Origin: Diplonema japonicum
Taxonomy: Eukaryota > Protista > Euglenozoa: Diplonemea
Direction: 5' to 3'
Assembly: GCA_964019335.1 (NCBI GenBank)
Contig: OZ025742.1
Coordinates: forward strand, 186,001-250,000
Length of the DNA stretch: 64,000 bases
Shown: positions 33,134 to 43,147 of the stretch, piece by piece
How the letters are laid out: each line of letters opens with the position of its first letter
How positions within the stretch are numbered: the first letter of the stretch is position 1
The notes under the pieces: generated by a model
Seen by the model: the letters and a program-made list of their open reading frames with translations, nothing else
Databases searched by the model: none
What the model was told of the DNA's origin: nothing
Position numbers and translations under genes: made by a program

Positions 33134-36100
33134 TTACTGTGGCTTTGCCCCTGGTGGCAATGGCGATGGCGTTCGTGAAGTCCTGTTGAAGGGAATAATA
33201 ATATCATTAAATAAGCCCGCCCCCTCCATACTTCCTGCCCCCCGCTGACAAGCTGCGTGTCTCTCTAGCCTTTTGCTCCGGATGCTGTGGTGTGATGCTT
33301 CCCTCTACCATGTACTCATACCGGTGACACAGGCGTATCGTCTATAACTGTGTTTTCAATCTCCATCTGGTCCACGTCTGTGTAGATGCCCTGCGGTGGT
33401 TTATGTCTTAGGTATGTTAATACCTGTTTCAACTTCTCGATGGCGGCCTTCAAGCGTTTGATCTCAGAGGTCTCGATAGCTTTCTGTGGTGGGTTGCTTT
33501 ACGTGTTTATCGCATACGGCAGGACTGTTGGTGATGAGCTTCACGCGTGATGCGTACTTAAGGGAGTTGACCGTCTCCTCAGTGTTGTAGGAGGCAGGCG
33601 AGATGTTGACAAACATAAGGGTCTTGGCGTTGCCGCCGATCGAGTCGGACATCAGCATCGTCAGCTTGTTGTCACGGTACGGGATGTGCCCCTTCCCACT
33701 GGACAGTGCGGAGATCACGTTCCCCAGCGCCGTGAGGCTCAGGTTGATGGACTGCGCCTCTGCTACGGCAGTCGGGTCCTCGACACCTGTCTTGGCCAGC
33801 CTCTCGCTCCCCGCAAGGTCGACGATGCTGAGCTTCCCGATGCTCGTCTGCTTCGTCTCCTTGTTTGTTGTTTCGATGATGATAGAGAAGATTAGGTGCG
33901 ACCTACTGCTCAAGTCGTTCATCTTCGTCGCTCTTGTGTGTCTGTTCAACTGCCCGCTGTGGTAGTAGCGCTCTAGTTCGCTTAGGTTCTCGACACCCTG
34001 GCTCACCACGCCGTTGATGGTGACGGTTCCTCGTGCGTCCTTCTTGATATCCAAACGCACAGGGTCGAGGCTCTGGTCCCTGAGCAGGTCGTACAGCTTG
34101 TCGTTGTAGAGCTCCACCATGCTGCATGTCATGCTCACGTCGAAGGTGCCAGATATCGAGTTCAGCAAGTTCCACAGTTCTGACATGGACCTGGGGGCCA
34201 CACCGGGCTGCTCGTCGGTGCCCGCGAGGGTGAAGGTCTTGCCGCTGCCTGTCTGTCCGTAAGCAAAGATGCACACATTGTACCCATCGACAGCAGACTG
34301 CACAAGGTGCTTGCAGTCTTCAAAGATGGCTTCTTGGGTGCTGTCTTCAGGGAAAGTGCTATCGTAAATAAACTCTTTTTTCTCTTTCATCTTCTCATCT
34401 GCGACCACCACAGACATCTCGTCAGGGAACTGCAGCACTTTCCTGTCCTTTCGCTGTACCTCCGACGTCACCAGAGGGCGGGTCCTGGCGTACACACGGA
34501 TCTTGCCCTTCATGTCCTCGATGGTGTTGAAGTACTTCCTGGCCTTAATTTTCTCTTGCTTGTACTGGTCTTCCATCTCTGAGGCCTTTCTCACAGCTTC
34601 TGTCTGTGCGTTCTGCATGGCATCCATCTGTTTGTAGTGTTGCACGTGTTTTCTGCACATACCTTTTGACGCGACACCTCGCCCTCTTCTGTCAGCTGCT
34701 CGAAGGAAACCTGTGTGTTAATCTCCCTCACCCCGTACCTGTGCACATACCTTCAGTGCTGTCAGCTCTTGTTCGCTTTCTTGCAGCTTGCTCGACGCAT
34801 CTTGCAGCGCTCCCATCTCCTTCCGGAGTTTCTGCAGTTCCTCTGTCTCAGCCTCTTTCCGCTGAAGGAGCTCATCCTGGTTCTTTGACTTGATCTCGAA
34901 CTCTTTCTGTCGCTTCTTCAGCTTTTTATATTTCTCATCATTCTCCTTTAGCTTCGCTTCCTTTTCATCGAGCTTCTGTTGCAAGTCGGCTGCTGTGCTG
35001 TCCACTTCCTCCACATGTTGCGCCTATGGCCTTTATACGCTTGTTGTTATTCATACCTGAGTCGCCTCCAGTCTTTCGGACGCTTTGAGTAGCTTCTCCT
35101 TCAGGTCTTTAATCTCCTTGACAAGGTCGGACTCTCTTTCCTTCCAGGCAGCACTTTGCTCCTTCAGGGCCGTGTGCTTGTGTTGCAGGTCGTTACGTTC
35201 TGCTGTGATGCTATCCACATGCCCTGCTGCCCCCTCGGCGAGCTCCAACTTAGCCTGTTTGTGGTGGTAGCGTGGTCTCCGTAGTGTCATACCTGAAGTT
35301 CCAGAATATCGGTGCCCTGCATGGAATGGATTTTGTTCTTAGCCTCAGCGAGTTCTTTTTGAAGAGCTTTCACTTTAGCTGAGTCTGCACCAGCAGTGTC
35401 TGATTTGCCTGTTTGCCGCATGGTGCCTATCTCGCTGCGCAGGGTCTCGACTTCAATGCTGCTCTCCGTAAGCTGCTGCTTTGTAAAGTTGAGTTCTTGC
35501 AGTGAGGCCTTCATGCTTTCCTCTCTGGATTGATACTCTTTGATCTTCCTCTCGTCGACGGCTATTTGGTGCATCAGCTGGCCCACTTTGTCCTGCAAGG
35601 ATTTGTCCTTCACCTTCTTTTTCTCGCCGTCCTCCTCTTCCTCTTCTTCGTCCTCCTCTTCTTCCTCCCCTACAATCCCGTTAGTGTCGATGTTGCTCTT
35701 TGCTGTAAGCATGTCGTTATACTTTCGCTCCAGAATTTCTTTTTCCATCTTCAACTTCGCCACTTCAGAGGACGCGTTAGTCGTGCTCTGCTCTGTGTCC
35801 TCCTTCGTGGCATTGCTCAGCTTCTTCTGGTGCATCTCTGCCAGCTGCCACACAGCTGCCCAGTCAGGGTCGGGCTCACCGTCGGCAGGTATATTGCTGA
35901 TCATGTACCCGCTGATGTGCTCCACGAGGTGTCGTGTGCCCGATTTATCGATTAGCACACCCTTACCGTCCATCTGCCCCAGCTTCCATTCCCCACAATA
36001 GTGATTACCATTCACGTACGAGAGCACTCCGTGGCCTTCCTCCTTCCCGCGGACCCAGTGACCCTCATATCTATCCCCGTTGCCCGAGATCAACACACCG

Positions 36101-36996
36101 TATCCGTGCCGGTAGCTGTCCTCCCACTCCCCTTCGTACCGGTTCCCGTTCCGCACAATAAGGAACACCCCATAGCCGTGGATCCTGTCCGCTTTCCACG
36201 ATCCGACGTACTCGTCGCCGCTTGCGAATGTGTAGTTCCCTTTCCCGTGCTTCTTCCCGTACCGCCACTCCCCTACGTACTTGTCCCCCGATTCGTAAGT
36301 GTACGAGCCGTGCCCGTGCTTCATATCGTTCCACCATTCCCCTTCGTACTCGTCGCCTGAAGGGTAGTATGTGTACTTCCCGTAGCCGTGCAGCTTGCCG
36401 TCTTTGAACCCTCCGGTGTACTTGCTGCCGCTGGGGTACAGGAATTCGATGTTGGGGCCGTTGAGAAGCTTGCGTTTCCTTTGCTTGTCCGACTTCTTGG
36501 TGGACGAGTTTGAGGTATCTGGTGGTGGCGGCGGCGGCGGCGTAACAGGTGTGTCATCATCGTCACTGTCGGGATCGTTGTCGGTGGCGTTGGTAGCTGC
36601 TGCTGCGCTTGAGTTTGCGTTAGCTGCAGGTGGCGCAGGTGGTGCAGGTGCGGCAGTGCTAGTGCCAGTGCCAGTACCAGTGCCAAGGTTGCTAGCTCCC
36701 ACATTGCTGTTGCTCCTCGTGCCCGTCCCTGTTTCGTCCCCATCCTTGTCATCTCTGTCCTCGCTGGTGTTTGTTATGTACTGCACCTCCTCCACTACAG
36801 ATGTTCCCTCTTGCACGTCCTTCTCAGACGGGTTCTTTTCAGAGATTTCAGCATGGGACCTCCGTCTTTCAGGTATCTCTCTCGGATTAGCTTCCTCAGC
36901 TTTTACTTCATTCGATCTTTTCTCAGGAGGTGCCTCGGGAGGCTTCTCTGGCTTCGCATCCTCCTTCGGCTTAGATTTACTGCTTCCACCACCCAT
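33134..36996 (-). CDS. Kinesin-14 (C-terminal motor) with N-myristoylation-type start, MORN repeats and coiled coil; about 8 introns
   Basis: MGGGSSK start, about 7 YxGxWxxxxxHGxG MORN repeats, and motor motifs KGKIRVYARTRP, AYGQTGSGKT, SSRSH, DLAGSE and HIPYRD. Introns 35255-35292, 35024-35056, 34711-34750, 34628-34662, 33484-33517 and 33391-33423 all preserve frame; the last two exons are tentative. Confidence 0.88.
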
Positions 36997-37165
36997 GTAG
37001 TTGTTTAAAATGCATAGTTAGAGGCGGGTGTGTGTTGTGTGTGTTGCCCCCTCCACGGTGCTGAAGGTGGTGGTTGTGACAAACATAAGTTAAAAAAACG
37101 AAAAGAACGAAGCAAAAGAGAAAACTGTATTGTTGTTTTTTTTTTCTTCTTCTCTTTTTCTTTTC

Positions 37166-37654
37166 TCATTCATAACCCCCCCAATCTTTTCTTAGGGACT
37201 CATCTCTTTCTGTCTTACTTTTGTATGCCTTGTGGAGCTCGAGAGTGTACTCCGAGTAGAGCTGCCTGGCCTCCAGGTTGGGAACATTCTTTATTTGATA
37301 GAGGTGTGCTGAAAGGGTTTCGGTGGAACCCTTGGGGGTTACTGAGATGAGCTCACGGCAGTACCTTCCTGGGACACCTTCAAGCTCGTCGAGTGCCTGC
37401 AGTCCCTCATCCGTGACCTGGTATAGCTCGCCTGAGATGCAATGCCCCATTCCGCTCTTCCTCACAAGGTAAGGCACTGCGTATACATCCAGCAGTAGGG
37501 GATACTTCTCAGATGTCGTCGCGTCCCCTATGTACTCGTAGCACTCAGCACGCTTTTTCATAACATTCTCGTGGTTGTAGAACCCCTTCTTTAACGTGCC
37601 GTATACAAACACAAGTGGCCTATCGGCCCTCAGGTTCGGGAAGTGTGGGTGCAT
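37166..37654 (-). CDS. Gamma-glutamylcyclotransferase (GGACT/AIG2-like)
   Basis: VFVYGTLKKGFYNH...ISGELYQV...LDELEG...Y.R. Confidence 0.88.
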   Translation of the reverse strand: MHPHFPNLRADRPLVFVYGTLKKGFYNHENVMKKRAECYEYIGDATTSEKYPLLLDVYAVPYLVRKSGMGHCISGELYQVTDEGLQALDELEGVPGRYCRELISVTPKGSTETLSAHLYQIKNVPNLEARQLYSEYTLELHKAYKSKTERDESLRKDWGGYE

Positions 37655-37827
37655 TATTCTTGGTATTGCCTTACAAAGAATACTGCGTAGGCATGCTTGG
37701 CACAATAAGAGGTTAACTGAGGTACGATGTGTCAAGAATAAGATGATTTCAAACGGAAAGAAGTGAAAAATAAAGAAAGCTGGCTTGACATCGCCCAGCG
37801 AAGCTTTAGGTAACCCATGACGGGTTT

Positions 37828-39294
37828 TTAGATAAGTTGCAGAGTGACCACATGACACAAGGGAAGGATGAGGTTGTCTACCTGATCCGTGACGGCTTCA
37901 AGCAGCACCACTCCGAGGTCGGCAAGGATGAGCTTGCACCACGAGGCGCCTGAGAGGTTGTGGAAGCCGTTGAACCAAAGGGCCCAGTACTGGAAGGCTA
38001 TGATAGAGAGGATCATTGCCAGGCTGCCTTCGATAGTCTTGCGTGAACTGCCCCACTTGTGCCGTCCAAAGAGAACCCCCATCACAGAAGCACACGCATC
38101 ACCCAACCCAGTGACTGTCACACCTCCTATGGCGCACAAGAGCGATTTAGCTGAAAACACCCCACCATGATGGCACACAAACACGTACCACACAGGCAAC
38201 GCACACCCGATCAGTAAATACATGTGTGTGAGGACTGCCGTTCCTTCGTCCTTCTCATCGATGTACACTCCAAACATCTCATCCACAGTAGAGGCCAGCG
38301 GCTCCACTTTGGCTACCCTTAAGCACTCCACAACGATGAATATGGCGAAGGCCACAGAAAAAGCCAGCGCCAGGAACCTGACGTGCAGCAAAATGGTAGG
38401 AACGAACATAATGATGGCCAGCAGATGGAAGTACTTTCGAGCGATGGTTCTGTTCTTTCTGAAGAAATTCCTCGGTGCGAAGGGAAGCCCCACCATGAGC
38501 ACAGCGCAGTAGTATTGTATGAAGCTGAAGGGGACAGCCTTCTTTTCAAAGACGTACATGTACAACCACACTAAGCTGTTCTGGTCCAAGGCAAGGCTCA
38601 TGACAAGCAGTACAGCAGCAGCACCACACAGCAGGGCGAAGTAGTAGACAGCAGGATTTCTGACAGAACGTGCCTTCAGGGCGAGCATGGAGCCGCCAAC
38701 ACACACAGCACCCACGACACCAAACACCATGGCGATTCTCAACTTGGTGAGATACACAGTGCCCACACCAAAGCCGAAGATAGCATAGCACAGCAGTGCC
38801 CACAACTGCGCACAGATAAGTGTCTCGCCCTCTGTGAGGGACCTGGGGATAGCACTGATGAGAGTGATGTACATGAGGCATCCAATGGATGCGAAGGGGA
38901 TGACATAGAAGGCAGGTGCGGGGGGGCGCAGCAACCCAAGCAGTGCAACGACAGCCGTCAAGGAAGAAGCCTTGAGACTCTTGCTTCCCATGCCTACGTG
39001 CTGCGCGGATACAAACACCGCGACCAACCAGCTGATGAGGAAACCTGTGTTTTGGTAATCCGGCTGGCCAAGGAACGCCAGAGGGATCAGCGACCCACAC
39101 ACTACCAAGCCAGAACTGGCTGCTCTAGCGTTGCTGTTGCGTGCGATGGCGCTTTGCGCTGCCGTAAGGCAAAGAGCGAGCAGCAACATAGGACGGAGGG
39201 GGACATTCCCCACACCTTTGCCCAGCAAAGTTACTGCATACAACGCATAGCAGAGAAAGGTCTCGGCAGTGATGATGCGGGCGGTGACGAACAT
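37828..39294 (-). CDS. DOLK: Dolichol kinase
   Basis: ARKYFHLL, DEKDEG..VLTHMYLLIGCALP and GLGDACAS..G..FG..KW..S.KTIEGS motifs in a multi-TM protein. Confidence 0.9.
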   Translation of the reverse strand: MFVTARIITAETFLCYALYAVTLLGKGVGNVPLRPMLLLALCLTAAQSAIARNSNARAASSGLVVCGSLIPLAFLGQPDYQNTGFLISWLVAVFVSAQHVGMGSKSLKASSLTAVVALLGLLRPPAPAFYVIPFASIGCLMYITLISAIPRSLTEGETLICAQLWALLCYAIFGFGVGTVYLTKLRIAMVFGVVGAVCVGGSMLALKARSVRNPAVYYFALLCGAAAVLLVMSLALDQNSLVWLYMYVFEKKAVPFSFIQYYCAVLMVGLPFAPRNFFRKNRTIARKYFHLLAIIMFVPTILLHVRFLALAFSVAFAIFIVVECLRVAKVEPLASTVDEMFGVYIDEKDEGTAVLTHMYLLIGCALPVWYVFVCHHGGVFSAKSLLCAIGGVTVTGLGDACASVMGVLFGRHKWGSSRKTIEGSLAMILSIIAFQYWALWFNGFHNLSGASWCKLILADLGVVLLEAVTDQVDNLILPLCHVVTLQLI

Positions 39295-39884
39295 CTTTTC
39301 CTGTGGTGCTGGCAAGCAGGGCATCAAAACCAGAAAAAGGCCTGAAGAGGTAAAAAGGCGGAGAAAGAGGCAGCAACAAGCAGTCGGGCTTGCCGTAGAA
39401 GGGGCCGTAAAGGCACTCAAAACGGCAAGACAAGGGCGGAGAACTAGGGGTGGTGACAAATAATCAAAAGGAAAAAAAAAAGAGAAAAAAAAACAGCCTG
39501 ACACCAAAACGACACCTTAGGGAGAGAAAGAAAAAAAAAAAAGAAATAACACTAGCAGAAAAAGAAAAAGACAATCATTTGCACGAGCACAATAGGGGGA
39601 AAGATCCCGGTCCCATCCATGGAAAATGGTTGCGCTTTCCACTTGTGGGTCAGGATGAGATGGCAGCAAAAAGAATAAGAGGGGAGGGAAAGTGGGGGCA
39701 TGATTGTATCTCTTAAAAGACGCGAATCGCCTTCCATCCCGCCTATCCCCCTCCTTGTTTTATTTCTCTTTTATCTTTCATTTCCACCTCCCTTCCTCAT
39801 CAATCTTTTTTTGGTTTCTTCATTCTGACTGAGAAATAAAAATAAAAATTTATAAAAAGAAAAAGTTATTTTCTCTCTCTAGTG

Positions 39885-39915
<31 letters not shown>

Positions 39916-40847
39916 GTGTATTAAAGGAAGGGAGTGAAGAAAAGGTGCAGGTAGGTAACATTTTGCTTTTCTCCTTCTCATTACTTAACCTTAACCGGTT
40001 TGCAAGGGCGATGATGAATGGTGTAGAGGGACTCTCCCACCTATTTGTTGCCCAACCTTGAAAGAAAAAGGTATAAGTGGCCTCTCTGCCCTTTCAAAAT
40101 AAGCTTTGTTAAAATTTTTAAACATTAAAACTAAGCAATTTATGGAATGGAGAAGAAAAAGATGATATGGCAGAATACAAGTTTTTGTGGGCAGCACGCG
40201 CTTTACCTTCTCCTCACTCCCCCTGCTTTCTTTTCTTTTCTTTTTTTTCTCTCTTTTTTTTTTTTTTTTTTTTTTTTTGAATGCAGGTGATACTAGGCAG
40301 GGTGACTGGGGGTCATGAATCCAGGTAGCGGGAGAGAGCCAGTAAATGGCATGCAAAAGAAGGCGCAAGGACTGCCCATTTTTAGCATTTGATAAATAAA
40401 TAAATAAATAAAAAATTTAAAGAAGAGAGAGAGAGAGAAAGAGAGAGAGAAAATCACCACCAGTTTTATTTATTCATTTTATTTATTTTATGCACACGGC
40501 ACAAGCGTGCTTGTTAAACATAAAAAATAAAGAGGGGAAGGGGTTGATAGAGACTTCAGCCTCCTGGTGATGTGTGCATTCTAGTTGGAAGCACACAACG
40601 GTGCAAACGTAAGTCTTTTGAGAATAGAGAGAAGGGGGTCTGTTCTTCTACTTAAAAAAAAAGAGAAAAAAAAAAAGAGCACTGTATTGTATACACAATT
40701 CCAAACTAAAAGTTACTTCTTTAAATGTCATGCGGGGAAGGGGAAATGGGAAAAATATTTAAAAAAAAAAAAAGGTACCTTTTTTTTTTTTCTTCCCCCT
40801 ATCATTTTCATTTTTCTTTGTGCTTTTCCAGCAGGCAGTAAAAAAAA

Positions 40848-40885
<38 letters not shown>

Positions 40886-41387
40886 CTCAAGAGAAGAATT
40901 TTAGAAAAAACCTCAAGCAGAATCTATTCGTGGACCGCAAGAGAAAGAAAAGGCAACACGCGCTAAACAACGGACAGGCTTTAAAGAGAAAAAAAAGGGG
41001 GGGAGGTAAACTACCTAGTTACCTTGTATTGGGGAGGGAGGGGACCATGCCTATCCCTTCCATTGATCATGGCACCTTTTCCTTGCTTTCCTTCCTACTT
41101 CTTCCCTTCACGTGTTTAGGAGCAAAAGGGGAGTGGCAGCGATGTCTTTGCTCCGTCGCGAGAAAAAAAAAAAAAACTGACATCCGTATCAACACAAAAA
41201 GAAGAGGGGGAAAAAAAAAAGAAAAGAAAAACCTACACGAATACACGAAGAGGGAAGGGGTATGAGAGAGATATGCGTTACAAAACAAGCGGGTAGGAAT
41301 AAACACCCTGTGACGTTAAAAATAGGGGGGGGGAAGAAAAAAAGAACACGAAATGAACACACAGGCACATGACAGAGGTGCAGCTGC

Positions 41388-42332
41388 TCACCACTTGAGC
41401 TTCCCATCGATGCCGTATTTCTTGAGGAGCCCTTGGTAGTACGGCTTCAGGGCCTCGCAGTCGGGGACCTCGTCGCCTTTGGAGTAGAGATCAAACTTGT
41501 TGAACTCAATAACCCAATTCTTCAGCACCTTGTCGGAGGGGGCCTCCAGGTGGGTGTATGCATTCCCCGTGTGCCAGGGGTAAAACGAGTGGTACCTTAT
41601 CACCGCCAGTGCTTCCAGAGGCAGTGTGCAGTTGTTCTCTTTCAGGACCCAGTACATGTATTCATCGTGGCCCCACGCCATGCACAGGTTTGTGATCCCA
41701 CACCCCTTCTCGTAGATCCCGTTTTCTGTGCTGTACACTGGGTGGGTTGAGTCGGGGTTGTACTTGAAGAACTGTGGGAAGACGATCTGGTCGGAGTGCT
41801 TGCAACCCACGGGATAGGTGTCCCCGACCACGCACCACTGGGGCTCGCCCCAAAGGGCCAGCACTTTGCCAAGGTCGTGCAGCAGGCCAGCAAGGTGGAA
41901 CCAGTCGTACTCTTCACCGGGGAAGGCAGCCCGAATCCTCTCTGCGGTTTGGAAGTCGTGGATGGAGTTAGGCAGCTCGTTGTCGGGGTCGCTTTCGTCG
42001 ATGAGTTCATCCAGTACCTCAATGACCTCCATCACCGTGTGCTCGCCATGGTTGAACTTCAGCCATTTGTCCATCTTCTCCTTCACAACTGCCACAGTCA
42101 TGTTTGTGTGGTCCTCACGGTAGTTCCTCTCAACATCGCTTTGCCGCTTCGAGTCATCGTAGTTCCTAAACTCGTCCCCAAAGGCGTTCTTCCCCACGTC
42201 ATCTGCACCAGGTGTGCTCGGCGCACTATTCGCAAACGGGACATCACTCAGACAGTCAAGGTCCCCCTTCACCCTCAGCCTGTTGGTCTCTGTAGGGCCG
42301 ACGGAGCTGGTAGAGCTGGTTGGTGTGATCAT
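41388..42332 (-). CDS. MIOX: Myo-inositol oxygenase
   Basis: FRNY, DESDPD, HDFQTAE, GLLHDLGK, QWCVVGDTYPVGC, WGHDEY, RYHSFYPWH and FNKFDLYSK. Confidence 0.95.
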   Translation of the reverse strand: MITPTSSTSSVGPTETNRLRVKGDLDCLSDVPFANSAPSTPGADDVGKNAFGDEFRNYDDSKRQSDVERNYREDHTNMTVAVVKEKMDKWLKFNHGEHTVMEVIEVLDELIDESDPDNELPNSIHDFQTAERIRAAFPGEEYDWFHLAGLLHDLGKVLALWGEPQWCVVGDTYPVGCKHSDQIVFPQFFKYNPDSTHPVYSTENGIYEKGCGITNLCMAWGHDEYMYWVLKENNCTLPLEALAVIRYHSFYPWHTGNAYTHLEAPSDKVLKNWVIEFNKFDLYSKGDEVPDCEALKPYYQGLLKKYGIDGKLKW

Positions 42333-43147
42333 TTTTTTTTCTTTTTTTTTTTTTAGTAGTTCGTTTTACGTTGTACGTTCTTTTTTGTGATAGCTGTTGT
42401 AGCTGTGAATAAGCGAAGGGGTTAAAAAATGGGGGGAGGGGTGCCTGCTTGGAGGAGAGAAAACACGTCAGCCACATTATCAATGTGTGCATACAGTCCC
42501 GAGCTGTGGGTCGAGCTTTTACAGTTCCATGACCTTTAGCCTCAAAACGTCTACCTAAAGAATACCCAACCCTTTGTGATACAGTAAACAACTAAACAAA
42601 ACCTGCTAAACGCCCCGCGCACCCCAGAAATCTGCGCCCCGCGCCCCACAGCCCTTCTGGGGCGCTGTAACAACACTGTTCTGTGCAAGGGTAAGGGTCT
42701 ATGGTACTTAAAATGCCTATACAAAATTTTTAATTTTTTGATCGCTAGATATCTAGCGCTTCGTCCTTTAATGGTTAAAAAAAATGTCTGGGGGTTTGGA
42801 GACCTGCTTTGAAAAAAAAATATTAAAAAGAGGCCTTTGCAAGAAAAGTACAATGCAAAAAAAAAAAAAAAAAAAAAAAAAAAGGGATGGGCAGTGTTGG
42901 CCAGACTGGTGGGTCCGGCCCACAAACCACCCCAACACCGCAAATTTTCGACCACACCATGTGGTGTGTTGTGACATATTTTACACCATATTTCGCATAC
43001 CTGACGTTCCACATGATGTATGCAACACAGTGCACAACACGGCACGTGTTTTATAACATGTACCACTATGCTGCACAGGGAAAAGCAGGTGTCACAACGT
43101 GCACCTCCTGGCACAATATACGAAAAAAAAAAAAAAAAAAAAAAAAA

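Noticed and set aside
33464-36996. Stop-codon reassignment or frameshifting to explain fragmented ORFs
   Set aside because: Every break in host genes that I examined resolves as a short GT-AG intron, and all three stops terminate genes.
37655-37858. Overlap between the GGCT and dolichol kinase ORFs
   Set aside because: The extension relies on a non-ATG start; the likely start is MHPHF at 37654.
40003-40060. ATGATGA within a hairpin, as a C/D snoRNA or SECIS
   Set aside because: There is no clear CTGA D box, it is antisense to the cluster, and no selenoprotein is adjacent.
40585-41265. Lys/Phe-rich ORFs in spacers
   Set aside because: They are translations of A/T homopolymer tracts with no domain content.
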